Shown: positions 22,344-31,469 of the stretch, piece by piece
How the letters are laid out: each line of letters opens with the position of its first letter
Numbering within the stretch: the first letter of the stretch is position 1
NCBI GenBank assembly: GCA_000992445.2
Contig: LBUF02000001.1
Coordinates: 94,393 to 126,392 of the forward strand
Length of the DNA stretch: 32,000 nt
Source of the DNA: Parcubacteria group bacterium GW2011_GWA2_38_13b
Lineage (GTDB): Bacteria > Patescibacteriota > Minisyncoccia > GWA2-38-13b
Direction of reading: 5' to 3'
Made by a program: the position numbers and the translations under genes
The notes under the pieces: generated by a model
What the model was told of the DNA's origin: nothing
What the model saw: only the letters and a program-made list of their open reading frames with translations
The model's database searches: none

Positions 22344-23561
22344 CTATTTTTCGCTTTTTGTTTCGTCCGGTTTTTCCTTTTCTGAAACATTATCTTTTTC
22401 AGCAATATCCTTTTTATCATCTTTCTTTTCTTTTTTATCCGCAGCTTCTTTTACGTCTTCCAAAACATTTTCCTTAACTAATCCCAGCGCCATCCTATGG
22501 CTAGACGCATCAATTGATAATATTTTAAAATTATATTCTTTACCGATCTCCAGCGTTTCTTCCATTTTTTTCTGCGTTCCGAATTCGGAAATATGGCAAA
22601 GTCCGTGGATCTCTTTATCCAACGCCACGAACATACCAAAAGAATTCAATTTAGTAATCACGCCTTTGACTTCATCGCCTTTTTTGTATTTTTTATCGAT
22701 ATCTATCCAGGGATCCTGCTGAAGCGCCTTGAGAGACAAGGATATTTTATTATTATCCAAAGTAATGATCTTCGCTTTTACATTATCGCCAACTTTGATT
22801 ATATCGCCGGGATTTTCAATCAACTGCCAGGCAAGTTCCGAAATATGCACCAAGCCCTCGACTCCTTTTTCCATTTGCACAAAAATTCCAAAATTCACTA
22901 TACCGCTTACCACTCCATCGACAATATCGCCTTTCTTATATTTTTTTGACAAATCTTGCATTTTTTCTTCAGCCGCTTTTTCAGAAAATATTATCTTTTT
23001 TTCTTTTTGATTTAAATCTATTATCTTTACATTCAAACTGATTTTTATAAGTTTTTTTAATTCCTGCACTATTTTACCCTTATCTCCGCCTTCGACTTTC
23101 GGATAATGATTACCCGCCAATTGCGATACGGGCATAAACCCGGAAATTCCTCGAAACTTTACCAATAACCCGCCCTTATTAGCTTCCGCAACTTCAACAA
23201 TCATAGGTTCGTTCGCGATAAATTTATTTTCCAACTCTTTCCATGTTGTTTGAAAAGCGGCATTTTTCACGGAAAGCTCGATATACCCTTCCTTATTTTC
23301 AATAACCAAAACTTGCCCTGAAATTTCATCGCCTTTTTTAAATTTCCCCAAAACATCAATAGCTCCTTTGAATTCCGGTCCTATCAATAATCCAATCCCC
23401 GTTGGTCCGAGATCAATAATAGCCTTATTATTATCAACGCTTAAAACAACGCCTTTCAACAAAGCGTCTTTTTGCGGCACGGGAATTTGCCGCACGTTAT
23501 TTTTCAATAACATGCTCAAAATTGACTCTTTTGGATTTTGAAATATTTTAACTGCTCCCAT
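22344..23561 (-). CDS. rpsA: 30S ribosomal protein S1 (short, four S1 domains, K/E/D-rich C-terminal tail)
   Basis: It has four repeats of the S1 OB-fold signature (G.V..v...G.fV.l....GL.HiSE), for example GVVSGIVNFGIFVQMEKGVEGLVHISEL and GVITKLNSFGMFVALDKEIHGLCHISEF. Confidence 0.85.
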   Translation of the reverse strand: MGAVKIFQNPKESILSMLLKNNVRQIPVPQKDALLKGVVLSVDNNKAIIDLGPTGIGLLIGPEFKGAIDVLGKFKKGDEISGQVLVIENKEGYIELSVKNAAFQTTWKELENKFIANEPMIVEVAEANKGGLLVKFRGISGFMPVSQLAGNHYPKVEGGDKGKIVQELKKLIKISLNVKIIDLNQKEKKIIFSEKAAEEKMQDLSKKYKKGDIVDGVVSGIVNFGIFVQMEKGVEGLVHISELAWQLIENPGDIIKVGDNVKAKIITLDNNKISLSLKALQQDPWIDIDKKYKKGDEVKGVITKLNSFGMFVALDKEIHGLCHISEFGTQKKMEETLEIGKEYNFKILSIDASSHRMALGLVKENVLEDVKEAADKKEKKDDKKDIAEKDNVSEKEKPDETKSEK

Positions 23562-23676
23562 AATTGAACAGTATATATTAACAAATAAATATTGTAAAGA
23601 GGATTAAATTGATGTAGAATTAAAATATAATATATTTAGTCGCTTTTTCGTCTTAAAGAAAGCTGACTGTCAAATT

Positions 23677-24324
23677 GTGTACATAACTTATTACGGCTAT
23701 ACTTGTTTTAAAATTCAATCCCAGCAAAAAATAACGGCAATCACCGATATTTTTGATAAAAGCATCGGACTGAAACCGCCTTTTCCAAAAGCGGATATTT
23801 TGACTTACTCTTGCTCTCACTTTGATTGCAGCGATACCGCGGAAAAAAACAGCGAAAATCAGCCGTTTATCATTAACAGTCCGGGCGAATACGAAATTTC
23901 CGGAATAGCCATAGACGGCATTCCGGCAAAACACGGCGAAAAATTACAACAAGAATCTTTTGACACCGCGCTGTATGTCTTCCGAACCGAAGGAATGTCT
24001 TTGTGCCATTTGGGAGATTTGGGTCAAAAAGAATTAAACGACAACCAGCTGGAAGCTATCGGAGAAATTGATATCTTAATGGTGCCGGTCGGGGGCAATT
24101 ACACGATTGACTATAAAAGCGCCGCGCATATCGTCAACCAAATTGAACCGCGTCTTGTGATCCCCATGGCTTACCATCTGCCAAATATGAAAGTCGAGCT
24201 GGATAAAATAGATTTATTTTTCAAAGAAATCGGAATTTCTCCGAAAGAAAAAATCGATAAATTGAAAATTACTAAAAAAGATTTGCCGCCGGAAGAAATG
24301 GAGGTCGTAGAATTTAAAATCTAA
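23677..24324 (+). CDS. MBL-fold metal-dependent hydrolase (UPF0173-like)
   Basis: 215 aa with the N-terminus MYITYYGYTCFKIQ typical of the family, plus later HLGDLG and MVPVGGNYT motifs. It has a GTG start. Confidence 0.65.
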   Translation: MYITYYGYTCFKIQSQQKITAITDIFDKSIGLKPPFPKADILTYSCSHFDCSDTAEKNSENQPFIINSPGEYEISGIAIDGIPAKHGEKLQQESFDTALYVFRTEGMSLCHLGDLGQKELNDNQLEAIGEIDILMVPVGGNYTIDYKSAAHIVNQIEPRLVIPMAYHLPNMKVELDKIDLFFKEIGISPKEKIDKLKITKKDLPPEEMEVVEFKI

Positions 24325-24402
24325 AATTTATAATTTTAAATATTTAAATTTTAAATTAAAAATTAGAATTTGATTGAAAATTAAAAATTAAAAATTAACG
24401 CA

Positions 24403-24735
24403 ATGTCTCTTGTTGATTTTATTGAAAATTTACAACGCAAACCTTATCCGAAAAGATTAAAAATTTTTTTGGCGGCTATACTGATTTCAATCGCATTGAC
24501 AATAACAGGTTTCGGTTTTTCTATAAACTATTCTCTGCACAATTCAACGCCAACCAACGCCAAGGCCGGCAAAAAAGAAAAAAATAACGACACTATGCCT
24601 TCTTTGCGGGAAATGATTAAATCATCTGCTGCCGAAATTTTTAATTTCAAAAATCGCTTTAATCAAAATGCACCCGACCCGAACAAACAAAAACAATATA
24701 ATCAAGAAAACGCGGGATTACGTTTGCCCCATTAA
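24403..24735 (+). CDS. Hypothetical single-pass membrane protein
   Basis: A 110-aa ORF with one TM (IFLAAILISIALTITGFGF) and a low-complexity N/K/Q-rich tail. I see no recognisable domain. Confidence 0.45.
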   Translation: MSLVDFIENLQRKPYPKRLKIFLAAILISIALTITGFGFSINYSLHNSTPTNAKAGKKEKNNDTMPSLREMIKSSAAEIFNFKNRFNQNAPDPNKQKQYNQENAGLRLPH

Positions 24736-24900
24736 AAGTTTAAAATAAATTATTTCAAAAGATAGTATTTAAGCCCTAAGGTGATTTCGCGTTAAGATTA
24801 GACTTAAAAATAAAAACTTTCGATGAGCTTCTAACGGAGTCTGCCAATCGCGGATTAAAATTTCATACTTTACAGTTAAAAAATGCTTTTTTAATTTTTT

Positions 24901-27330
24901 ATGGATAATGAAAAAATAGAAAAAAGAGAAATCAAAGAAGAAATGCGGGAATCCTATCTTAATTACGCGATGAGCGTAATTGTGGATAGAGCGTTGCCCG
25001 ATGTAAGAGATGGATTAAAGCCCGTGCACAGGCGTATTTTGATTACGCTAAAAGACCTCGGACTCCATCCCAATTCCCGTTTTCGAAAAAGCGCGAAAAT
25101 TTGCGGCGATGTTTCAGGAAATTATCATCCGCATGGCGAACAAATCGTCTATCCTTCAATGGTCCATTTGGCTCAAATATTCAAAATGCGCTATCCATTG
25201 GTTTTTAGTCAAGGAAACTTCGGTTCCATTGACGGCGATCCACCGGCCGCTATGCGTTATACTGAAGCGAAAATGAGCAAATTCGCGCAAGAAATACTCC
25301 ACGACCTGGACAAAGATACCGTTGACTGGAAATCAAATTACGACGGCACCAGAAAAGAACCGCAAGTTCTCCCCGCCCTCCTGCCCAATCTGATCATTAA
25401 TGGAACGATGGGCATAGCGGTTGGAATGGCTACCAATATACCGCCGCACAATCTTGGAGAAATTATTGACGGGTTGATTTATCTCATAGACAACCCCAAG
25501 GCATCAATCGAAAATCTTGTGGAATTTATAAAGGGTCCTGATTTCCCGACAGGAGGAATTATTTATAACAAAAATGATATTATTCAAGCGTACGGAACAG
25601 GAAAAGGAGGAATTATTAACCGCGCAAGAGCCGAAATCGTGGAAGATAAAAACAAACGCTTTCAAATCATTACGACGGAAATCCCCTATCAAGTCAATAA
25701 ATCATCTTTAATAGAAAAAATCGCGCAATTAGTCAAAGACAAAAAAATAGAAGGTATTAAAGACGTAAGAGATGAATCGGATAAAGACGGCATCAGGATA
25801 GTCATTGATTTGAAAAACGATGTTTACCCGCAGAAAATTCTTAACCGACTCTACAAACTGACCGATATGCAGCGTGTTTTCCATTTAAATATGCTGGCGT
25901 TGGTTGATGGAATACAACCCCAAGTCTTATCTTTAAAGAGCATTTTGGAATATTACATTGAGCATAGAAAGATTGTGGTGGAACGCCGCACTCGTTTCGA
26001 TCTTGCAAAAGCCAAAGAGAGAGCTCACATTCTTGAAGGACTGAAAAAAGCCCTTGACCACATTGACGCCGTCATCACGACGATCAGACAATCAAAAGAC
26101 AAAGAAACCGCTCATACGAATTTGATGAAAAAATTCGGCTTTTCCGATACTCAAACAAAAGCGATTTTAGAAATGAAATTACAAACGTTGGCCGGACTGG
26201 AGAGAGAAAAAATCGAAGACGAATTAAAAGAAAAGAAAAAATTGATCGGCGAATTGACCGCGATCCTGGAAACACCTAAACGAATACTGCAAGTGATAAA
26301 AGACGAGCTTAAAAAACTGAGAGAAGATCATGCGGACGAAAGAAGGACAAAGGTTGTCGCTTCGGGCGTCGCTGAATTTAAAGTGGAAGATTTAATACCG
26401 AACGAAGAAGCGATATTGGTTTTAACCAGAAGCGGTTATATAAAACGGGTTAATCCGAATATTTATCGGACACAAAAAAGGGGCGGCAAAGGGATGATCG
26501 GAATGATGACAAAAGAAGAAGATCAGGTCGAAAGTATGCTGGGAGTTGAAACGCATGACGACATCCTATTTTTTACCGATTCCGGAAAAGTTTTCAAAGT
26601 AAAAGCTTATGAAATACCCGAATCATCGCGGGTCAGCAAAGGACAAGCAATTATGAATTTCCTGCAAATCAACAATAAGGAGCACGTAACCAGCATAATT
26701 TCTCTGGGCAAAGAAGACAAAGAAAATAAATTTTTAGTGATGGCAACGAAATATGGTATAATTAAAAAAACAAACATCAGCGAATTCGCCAATGTGCGGC
26801 GCGTTGGTCTTGTCGCCATAAAACTGCAAAAAGAAGATTCGCTCAAATGGGTTAATATAACGCAAGGAAACGATGAAGTCATTTTGGTTACGAGCAAAGG
26901 ACAAGCCATACGTTTTTCCGAAAAAGACGTAAGATCAATGGGGCGAGGAGCTTCCGGAGTACGCGGCATCCGGTTGAAAAAAGATGATTATATGGTCGGT
27001 ATGGACATAATAAAAAAAGACAGGCCGGTTGATCTTTTAATCGTAACGGAAAACGGCTTTGGAAAAAAAACGCCGGTTAAATACTATAAAAACCAAAAAC
27101 GCGGAGGATCGGGAATAAAAACCGCCAAAATAACCTCGAAAAACGGCGGCATTATAGCGGCGACGACCATTGCGGCCGGCGAAGCGTCGGATATCGTTAC
27201 CATATCTTCGCAAGGAAAAGTTATCCGTACGCCGCTTGACAGCATATCGGTATTGGGACGATCAACGCAAGGAGTAAGAATTATGCGCTTGGATCAAAAC
27301 GACAAAGCCGTATCAATAACTTGCTTATAA
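24901..27330 (+). CDS. gyrA: DNA gyrase subunit A
   Basis: 809 aa. It has [30 protein letters not shown], the active-site region [10 protein letters not shown], and a C-terminal beta-pinwheel with repeated G.G...i.l motifs. Confidence 0.95.
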   Translation: MDNEKIEKREIKEEMRESYLNYAMSVIVDRALPDVRDGLKPVHRRILITLKDLGLHPNSRFRKSAKICGDVSGNYHPHGEQIVYPSMVHLAQIFKMRYPLVFSQGNFGSIDGDPPAAMRYTEAKMSKFAQEILHDLDKDTVDWKSNYDGTRKEPQVLPALLPNLIINGTMGIAVGMATNIPPHNLGEIIDGLIYLIDNPKASIENLVEFIKGPDFPTGGIIYNKNDIIQAYGTGKGGIINRARAEIVEDKNKRFQIITTEIPYQVNKSSLIEKIAQLVKDKKIEGIKDVRDESDKDGIRIVIDLKNDVYPQKILNRLYKLTDMQRVFHLNMLALVDGIQPQVLSLKSILEYYIEHRKIVVERRTRFDLAKAKERAHILEGLKKALDHIDAVITTIRQSKDKETAHTNLMKKFGFSDTQTKAILEMKLQTLAGLEREKIEDELKEKKKLIGELTAILETPKRILQVIKDELKKLREDHADERRTKVVASGVAEFKVEDLIPNEEAILVLTRSGYIKRVNPNIYRTQKRGGKGMIGMMTKEEDQVESMLGVETHDDILFFTDSGKVFKVKAYEIPESSRVSKGQAIMNFLQINNKEHVTSIISLGKEDKENKFLVMATKYGIIKKTNISEFANVRRVGLVAIKLQKEDSLKWVNITQGNDEVILVTSKGQAIRFSEKDVRSMGRGASGVRGIRLKKDDYMVGMDIIKKDRPVDLLIVTENGFGKKTPVKYYKNQKRGGSGIKTAKITSKNGGIIAATTIAAGEASDIVTISSQGKVIRTPLDSISVLGRSTQGVRIMRLDQNDKAVSITCL

Positions 27331-27344
27331 AAAAATTTTGTAAA

Positions 27345-27875
27345 ATGAACTTTATACATCCCGAAAAAATCATCCCCTTACTCCAAATTTCGGAAGGTAT
27401 GAAAATCGCCGATCTGGGATGCGGAGCGGGATTTTTTACCATTCTTCTGGCAAAAGCCGTTGGTGAAAACGGAGAAATATTCGCGGCGGATGTCCAAAAA
27501 AGTTCTCTGGAAAGCGTTAAAATCAAAGCACAGGCGGAAAAAATTTCCAATATTAAAACTATCTGGGCCGATCTTGAAATTTACGGAACCACAAAAATAG
27601 CCGACGATTCCCTGGATATGGTTTTGATTTCCGATGTTTTATTTCAATCGAAAAAAAAAGGCGCAATCATAAAAGAAGCATGGCGAATCGTATCGCCAAA
27701 CGGCAAACTGGCTATTATTGACTGGAAACCGGAATCATTGGAAATTGGCCCCAAAAACAGTTATCGTTTGGCAAAAAACGATATGATAAAAATAGCCGAA
27801 GAGACGGGATTTAAATTAACCAGCGAATTTGACGCGAGTGATTATCATTACGGATTATTTTTCAGCAAGGAGTAA
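27345..27875 (+). CDS. Class I SAM-dependent methyltransferase (small, about 176 aa)
   Basis: It has motif I IADLGCGAGFFT. I prefer ATG 27345 over the TTG at 27321, which overlaps the gyrA end. Confidence 0.75.
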   Translation: MNFIHPEKIIPLLQISEGMKIADLGCGAGFFTILLAKAVGENGEIFAADVQKSSLESVKIKAQAEKISNIKTIWADLEIYGTTKIADDSLDMVLISDVLFQSKKKGAIIKEAWRIVSPNGKLAIIDWKPESLEIGPKNSYRLAKNDMIKIAEETGFKLTSEFDASDYHYGLFFSKE

Positions 27876-27880
27876 TCGCG

Positions 27881-27900
27881 AATATACGAATTCGTATATT
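27881..27900. promoter_or_regulatory. Perfect 20-bp palindrome (AATATACGAATTCGTATATT) plus an adjacent half-site; candidate operator or terminator
   Basis: The sequence is its own reverse complement. The half-site GAATTTGTATATTCG is repeated at 27906-27920. It sits between the methyltransferase stop and the SBP gene start. Confidence 0.5.
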
Positions 27901-27919
27901 TACGTGAATTTGTATATTC

Positions 27920-29251
27920 GTGACTACTTCATTTATAAATAGTTTATCTATGTCCACAACCGCTCAACGAATGATATTTTTAACAATAATTTTTATAATT
28001 ATTGCAATTACTATTTTTGCCGTTATATTCGGTCTTAAAAAACCGAAACAGACGCAAAAAATCAATTTGGAATTTTGGAGCGTTTACGATCAAGACGAAT
28101 ATTTTATCAATATCATAAAAGAATACAAACGTTTGTATCCGTCAGTAACCATAACTTATGTTAAAAAAACATTTAATGATTACGAGAAAGATTTAATTGA
28201 CGCTTTTGCCGCCGGTCGCGGACCGGATATTTGGAGCATCCATAATACATGGCTTCCGAAACACAAAAATAAAATAATTCCATTATCGCCGGAAATGATG
28301 ACAATCCAATCTTTCAAGGATACTTTTGTCGATGTAACATTTCAAGATTTGGTAAACAATAACCAAATCTATGGCTTACCTCTTTTTGTAGACACGCTGG
28401 CTTTATACTGGAATAAAAATATTTTTCAATCCAATGGCATAGCGGAACCCCCTCAAACTTGGGACGACTTCGTAAAAGACGCAAAGCTTCTGACCAAAAA
28501 AGATGATTTTGGGAATATCATTAGAGTCGGCGCATCTCTTGGTACGGCAAAAAACATAAATCGTTCAACCGACATTCTCGGCCTTTTAATGTTGCAAACC
28601 GGCACCCAAATGACCGACCTCGAAAATACTAAAGTCATATTCAACAAATTCGTTTCCTTAAACGGCCAACCATTCGCCGCGGGCGAAGAAGCACTGAGAT
28701 TTTATACCGATTTCGCCAATCCCCAAAAAGAAGTTTATACATGGAATTCGGAAATGGACTATTCCATAGACGCTTTTTACCAAGGGGAAACCGCTATGAT
28801 GATAAATTACTCCCACCACATTGACACTATTAAAAACAAAGCGCCTTATCTTAATTTCGGCGTTGCGACCATCCCGCAAATCGCCGGCAGCGGAAACAAT
28901 ATCGCTTATGCCAACTATTGGGCGCCTGCTGTTTTTATAAACTCTAAAAATCCCGGCTGGGCCTGGCATTTTATCCAATTTATGACATTAAAAGATAATG
29001 CGCTGAAATACTTGGAATCGTCAAAAAGACCGACGGCCAGAAGGGATTTGGTTGATTTACAAAAAGACAAACTGCATCTTGGCGTTTTCGCGCGGCAATC
29101 GCTCACCGCTAAATCATGGTATCAAATTGACAATGTCACAATCGAAACAATATTCTCCGATATGATTGAAACGGTTGTTCTTGGTCAAGCCACAATCAAA
29201 CAAGCGATAGAAAAATCGGCAAACCAGATAAATGTGCTGTATCGAAAATAA
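27920..29251 (+). CDS. Extracellular solute-binding protein (ABC-type, family 1, sugar-like), TM-anchored, with no cognate permease or ATPase nearby
   Basis: 443 aa with an N-terminal TM (IFLTIIFIIIAITIFAVIFGL) and no lipobox Cys. The SBP_bac_1-like body has GPDIWSIHNTWLP, IYGLPLFVDTLALYWNK and PQTWDDF. ATG 27950 is an alternative start. Confidence 0.75.
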   Translation: MTTSFINSLSMSTTAQRMIFLTIIFIIIAITIFAVIFGLKKPKQTQKINLEFWSVYDQDEYFINIIKEYKRLYPSVTITYVKKTFNDYEKDLIDAFAAGRGPDIWSIHNTWLPKHKNKIIPLSPEMMTIQSFKDTFVDVTFQDLVNNNQIYGLPLFVDTLALYWNKNIFQSNGIAEPPQTWDDFVKDAKLLTKKDDFGNIIRVGASLGTAKNINRSTDILGLLMLQTGTQMTDLENTKVIFNKFVSLNGQPFAAGEEALRFYTDFANPQKEVYTWNSEMDYSIDAFYQGETAMMINYSHHIDTIKNKAPYLNFGVATIPQIAGSGNNIAYANYWAPAVFINSKNPGWAWHFIQFMTLKDNALKYLESSKRPTARRDLVDLQKDKLHLGVFARQSLTAKSWYQIDNVTIETIFSDMIETVVLGQATIKQAIEKSANQINVLYRK

Positions 29252-29320
29252 TTGATAAGTCCCAATCTTAAAATCCTAAATAAATTCCAATGACCAAAAT
29301 AAAAAATTCAAAACATTTTT

Positions 29321-29731
29321 ATGGCATCAATTTATAAACCTACATTATTATTTATTACGGTATTATCTATTTTTTTGCCGTTAATGTCTAATGCCGCCGG
29401 TCTCGTTCCCTGCGGCGGCGAAGGAGAAGCGGATTGCACAACTTGCGATTTTTTCGTTATGACAAAAGGCGCCATCGATTTTATAATAATAGACTTAGTC
29501 ACTCCGCTAGCAGCCTTATTTGTGGTAACAGCCGGAATTATTTTGTTTACTTCCGGCGGCAGCGACAATCAGATTTCTTTGGCGAAGAGAATGTTATATG
29601 GCGTGATAATAGGCGCGCTGATTATTTACGGAGCATGGCTAATCGTAGATTCAATCTTGCTTATGCTAACCGGCTCCGGCGCCGACCAACCGGCAGGATT
29701 TCCTTGGCCTTGGCATACGATTAAATGTTAA
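29321..29731 (+). CDS. VirB2/TrbC-like (T4SS-pilin-type) small membrane protein, paralog 1, LVPCGG..C..C head
   Basis: 136 aa. It has the signal LPLMSNA, then AGLVPCGGEGEADCTTCDFF, helix 1, the loop ILFTSGGSDNQISLAKR, and helix 2 VIIGALIIYGAWLIV. Confidence 0.6.
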   Translation: MASIYKPTLLFITVLSIFLPLMSNAAGLVPCGGEGEADCTTCDFFVMTKGAIDFIIIDLVTPLAALFVVTAGIILFTSGGSDNQISLAKRMLYGVIIGALIIYGAWLIVDSILLMLTGSGADQPAGFPWPWHTIKC

Positions 29732-29750
29732 TCATTTTTTATGCTACTTT

Positions 29751-30482
29751 ATGGATTTATGGTATAATTATCTTATGTATGGTAAATATTTGAAAAAAAT
29801 ATTGTTGCGGTTCAGCATCCTATTTTTTATACTGTTTTTCGCGGTAAATGCGTTTTTTACCGCACCTGTTCAAGCGGTTAAAATTAACGGCAAATGCGGC
29901 CCTGCCAACGGAAACACATATGCTAATTATTCTGCCTTCGAAGATGCTGGAACGTGCAACCCCGGAATTTTTCAATTACTTAATGTTGAATTTGGCAGCA
30001 CCAAAGATAAATGGCTATGGAGTTGCGTCGGCGAAGAAGACGGTGCGTCAGTTACCGACTGTTACGCTTTTATCGAAAAATCTGAAGAAACCGGTTATTG
30101 TGGAGATGGTATCGTTGATCTTGCGGAAGAATGCGACGACGGCAATACGAATAACAACGATAGTTGCTCCAATAACTGCAAAATAAATGATGATGATAAA
30201 ATCGGAACGAGTACAAAAATAATTGAATATGATAATCCGCTAAAAACAGACAGTATCATAGATATCGTGAAAAGAATCGCCGACTATTTTTATTATGTAG
30301 CTATCGCGATTGTTCCGATTATAATGATTTACGCCGCTGTTTTATTATTAACGGCTGGCGGCAATGATCAGCAAGTAACAAAAGCGAAAAAAACATTTAT
30401 TTGGCTGGTAATCGGCATCGCGATTTTGTTAATCGGCAGTGGCGTAATAACGCTTCTAAAAGATATATTGAATACTGGATAA
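29751..30482 (+). CDS. VirB2/TrbC-like pilin-type protein, paralog 2, with Cys-rich head domains
   Basis: 243 aa. After the signal peptide come the CGPANG...LWSCVGEEDGASVTDC module and CGDGIVDLAEECDDGNTNNNDSCSNNC (a Myxococcus-type cysteine-rich repeat pattern). The pilin core is LLLTAGGNDQQVTKAKKTFIWLVIGIAILLIGSG. Start may be ATG 29775. Confidence 0.6.
   Translation: MDLWYNYLMYGKYLKKILLRFSILFFILFFAVNAFFTAPVQAVKINGKCGPANGNTYANYSAFEDAGTCNPGIFQLLNVEFGSTKDKWLWSCVGEEDGASVTDCYAFIEKSEETGYCGDGIVDLAEECDDGNTNNNDSCSNNCKINDDDKIGTSTKIIEYDNPLKTDSIIDIVKRIADYFYYVAIAIVPIIMIYAAVLLLTAGGNDQQVTKAKKTFIWLVIGIAILLIGSGVITLLKDILNTG
29760..29768 (+). promoter_or_regulatory. Possible extended -10 promoter (TGGTATAAT) for paralog 2
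   Basis: TGnTATAAT lies at 29760-29768, 6 nt before ATG 29775. I saw no clear -35. Confidence 0.25.
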
Positions 30483-30531
30483 AACGAATATTTTTTAACC
30501 ATTATACAATATGTGATAGTAGCATACAAAA

Positions 30532-30987
30532 ATGACAAAACAAAAATTGAACAAAAAAATTTCGCAATTCGGCATCTTATTTTTTATATTATTTTTCGCG
30601 ACGAGCGCATTTTTCGTCGCATATGCTTATGGCGATTCCGGCACCAGCACAAACAATACATCCCCTGAATACATTGATTTAACCCTGGATAAGATAGTAA
30701 GTATTTTAGAAAGATTTTCCAGATATTTTTATTCTATAGCAATCGTGCTAGCCGTAATTTTAACGGTTTATATCGGCATAACATTCCTGACGGCCGGCGG
30801 CGATGATTCACAAATAACAAAAGTAAAAAAAATGTTGATTTGGTTGGTACTCGGCGTAGCGATTTTATTGATCGGCCGCGGAATAATAACGTTTGTGAGG
30901 GATATACTGGAAACGGGGGATGAAGAAAGCGCGCTTGATGCAATTAATTTATTTGTACGAATCTTAAATGAAGGAAAATATTTTTAA
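30532..30987 (+). CDS. VirB2/TrbC-like pilin-type protein, paralog 3
   Basis: 151 aa. Its signal peptide and core are close to paralog 2 (GILFFILFFATSAFF; TFLTAGGDDSQITKVKKMLIWLVLGVAILLIGRG), but the head is short and Cys-free. Confidence 0.6.
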   Translation: MTKQKLNKKISQFGILFFILFFATSAFFVAYAYGDSGTSTNNTSPEYIDLTLDKIVSILERFSRYFYSIAIVLAVILTVYIGITFLTAGGDDSQITKVKKMLIWLVLGVAILLIGRGIITFVRDILETGDEESALDAINLFVRILNEGKYF

Positions 30988-31444
30988 TAAAATTTTTGTC
31001 ATATTTATCGTTTTTGCGGTTTTGGGTTTTGCATTTTTCCCCTATTTTTCAGTTTTTGCCGATTCATTGGAATTAGAAAATCTTCCTGGCATTGGTTTCG
31101 TATTCGGCGATATGTATTGCATATTTTTAAAAATAATGACGTGGTTGTTCAGTTTCGCGCTTATATTGGCGGTAACTTCTTTGGTTATAAACGGTCTTCG
31201 CTATATATTTTCTTCCGGAGATCCGCAAGTGCTTTTATCAGTACATAAAAATTTGAGTTGGATTGCGATAGGAATTGTCATAATTTTGCTTTCCACGTCG
31301 ATTTTAATAATGATAGCGATGTTTTTGGGCGTATTTACAGCGGCTTTTGAAACGCTTATACTGCCAATCTATATGGTAAAATGCGAAATAGTATGGTGGG
31401 CCGGGTTAATCGGAAAATTATTTTCAATTATAAAAGGTATTTAA
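30968..31444 (+). CDS. VirB2/TrbC-like pilin-type protein, paralog 4 (divergent loop)
   Basis: 158 aa with YCIFLKIMTWLFSFALILAV, the loop YIFSSGDPQVLLSVHKN, and helix WIAIGIVIILLS. It overlaps paralog 3 by 20 nt. Confidence 0.5.
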   Translation: MKENIFNKIFVIFIVFAVLGFAFFPYFSVFADSLELENLPGIGFVFGDMYCIFLKIMTWLFSFALILAVTSLVINGLRYIFSSGDPQVLLSVHKNLSWIAIGIVIILLSTSILIMIAMFLGVFTAAFETLILPIYMVKCEIVWWAGLIGKLFSIIKGI

Positions 31445-31469
31445 TGCTAATTCCAATTAGTTAATCACG

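Noticed and set aside
24325-24402. AT-only repetitive stretch (AAAATTA x3 and AAATTTAAA-like units) considered as a CRISPR, minisatellite or small RNA
   Set aside because: The units are only 7 nt with no spacers, and it is pure A/T low complexity in an intergenic region. It is most likely curved promoter-upstream DNA, and there is nothing array-like.
24736-24900. The 165-nt gyrA leader, examined for a riboswitch or structured ncRNA
   Set aside because: I could not find convincing conserved stems or known riboswitch motifs by eye. Covariance-model scanning would be needed before claiming anything.
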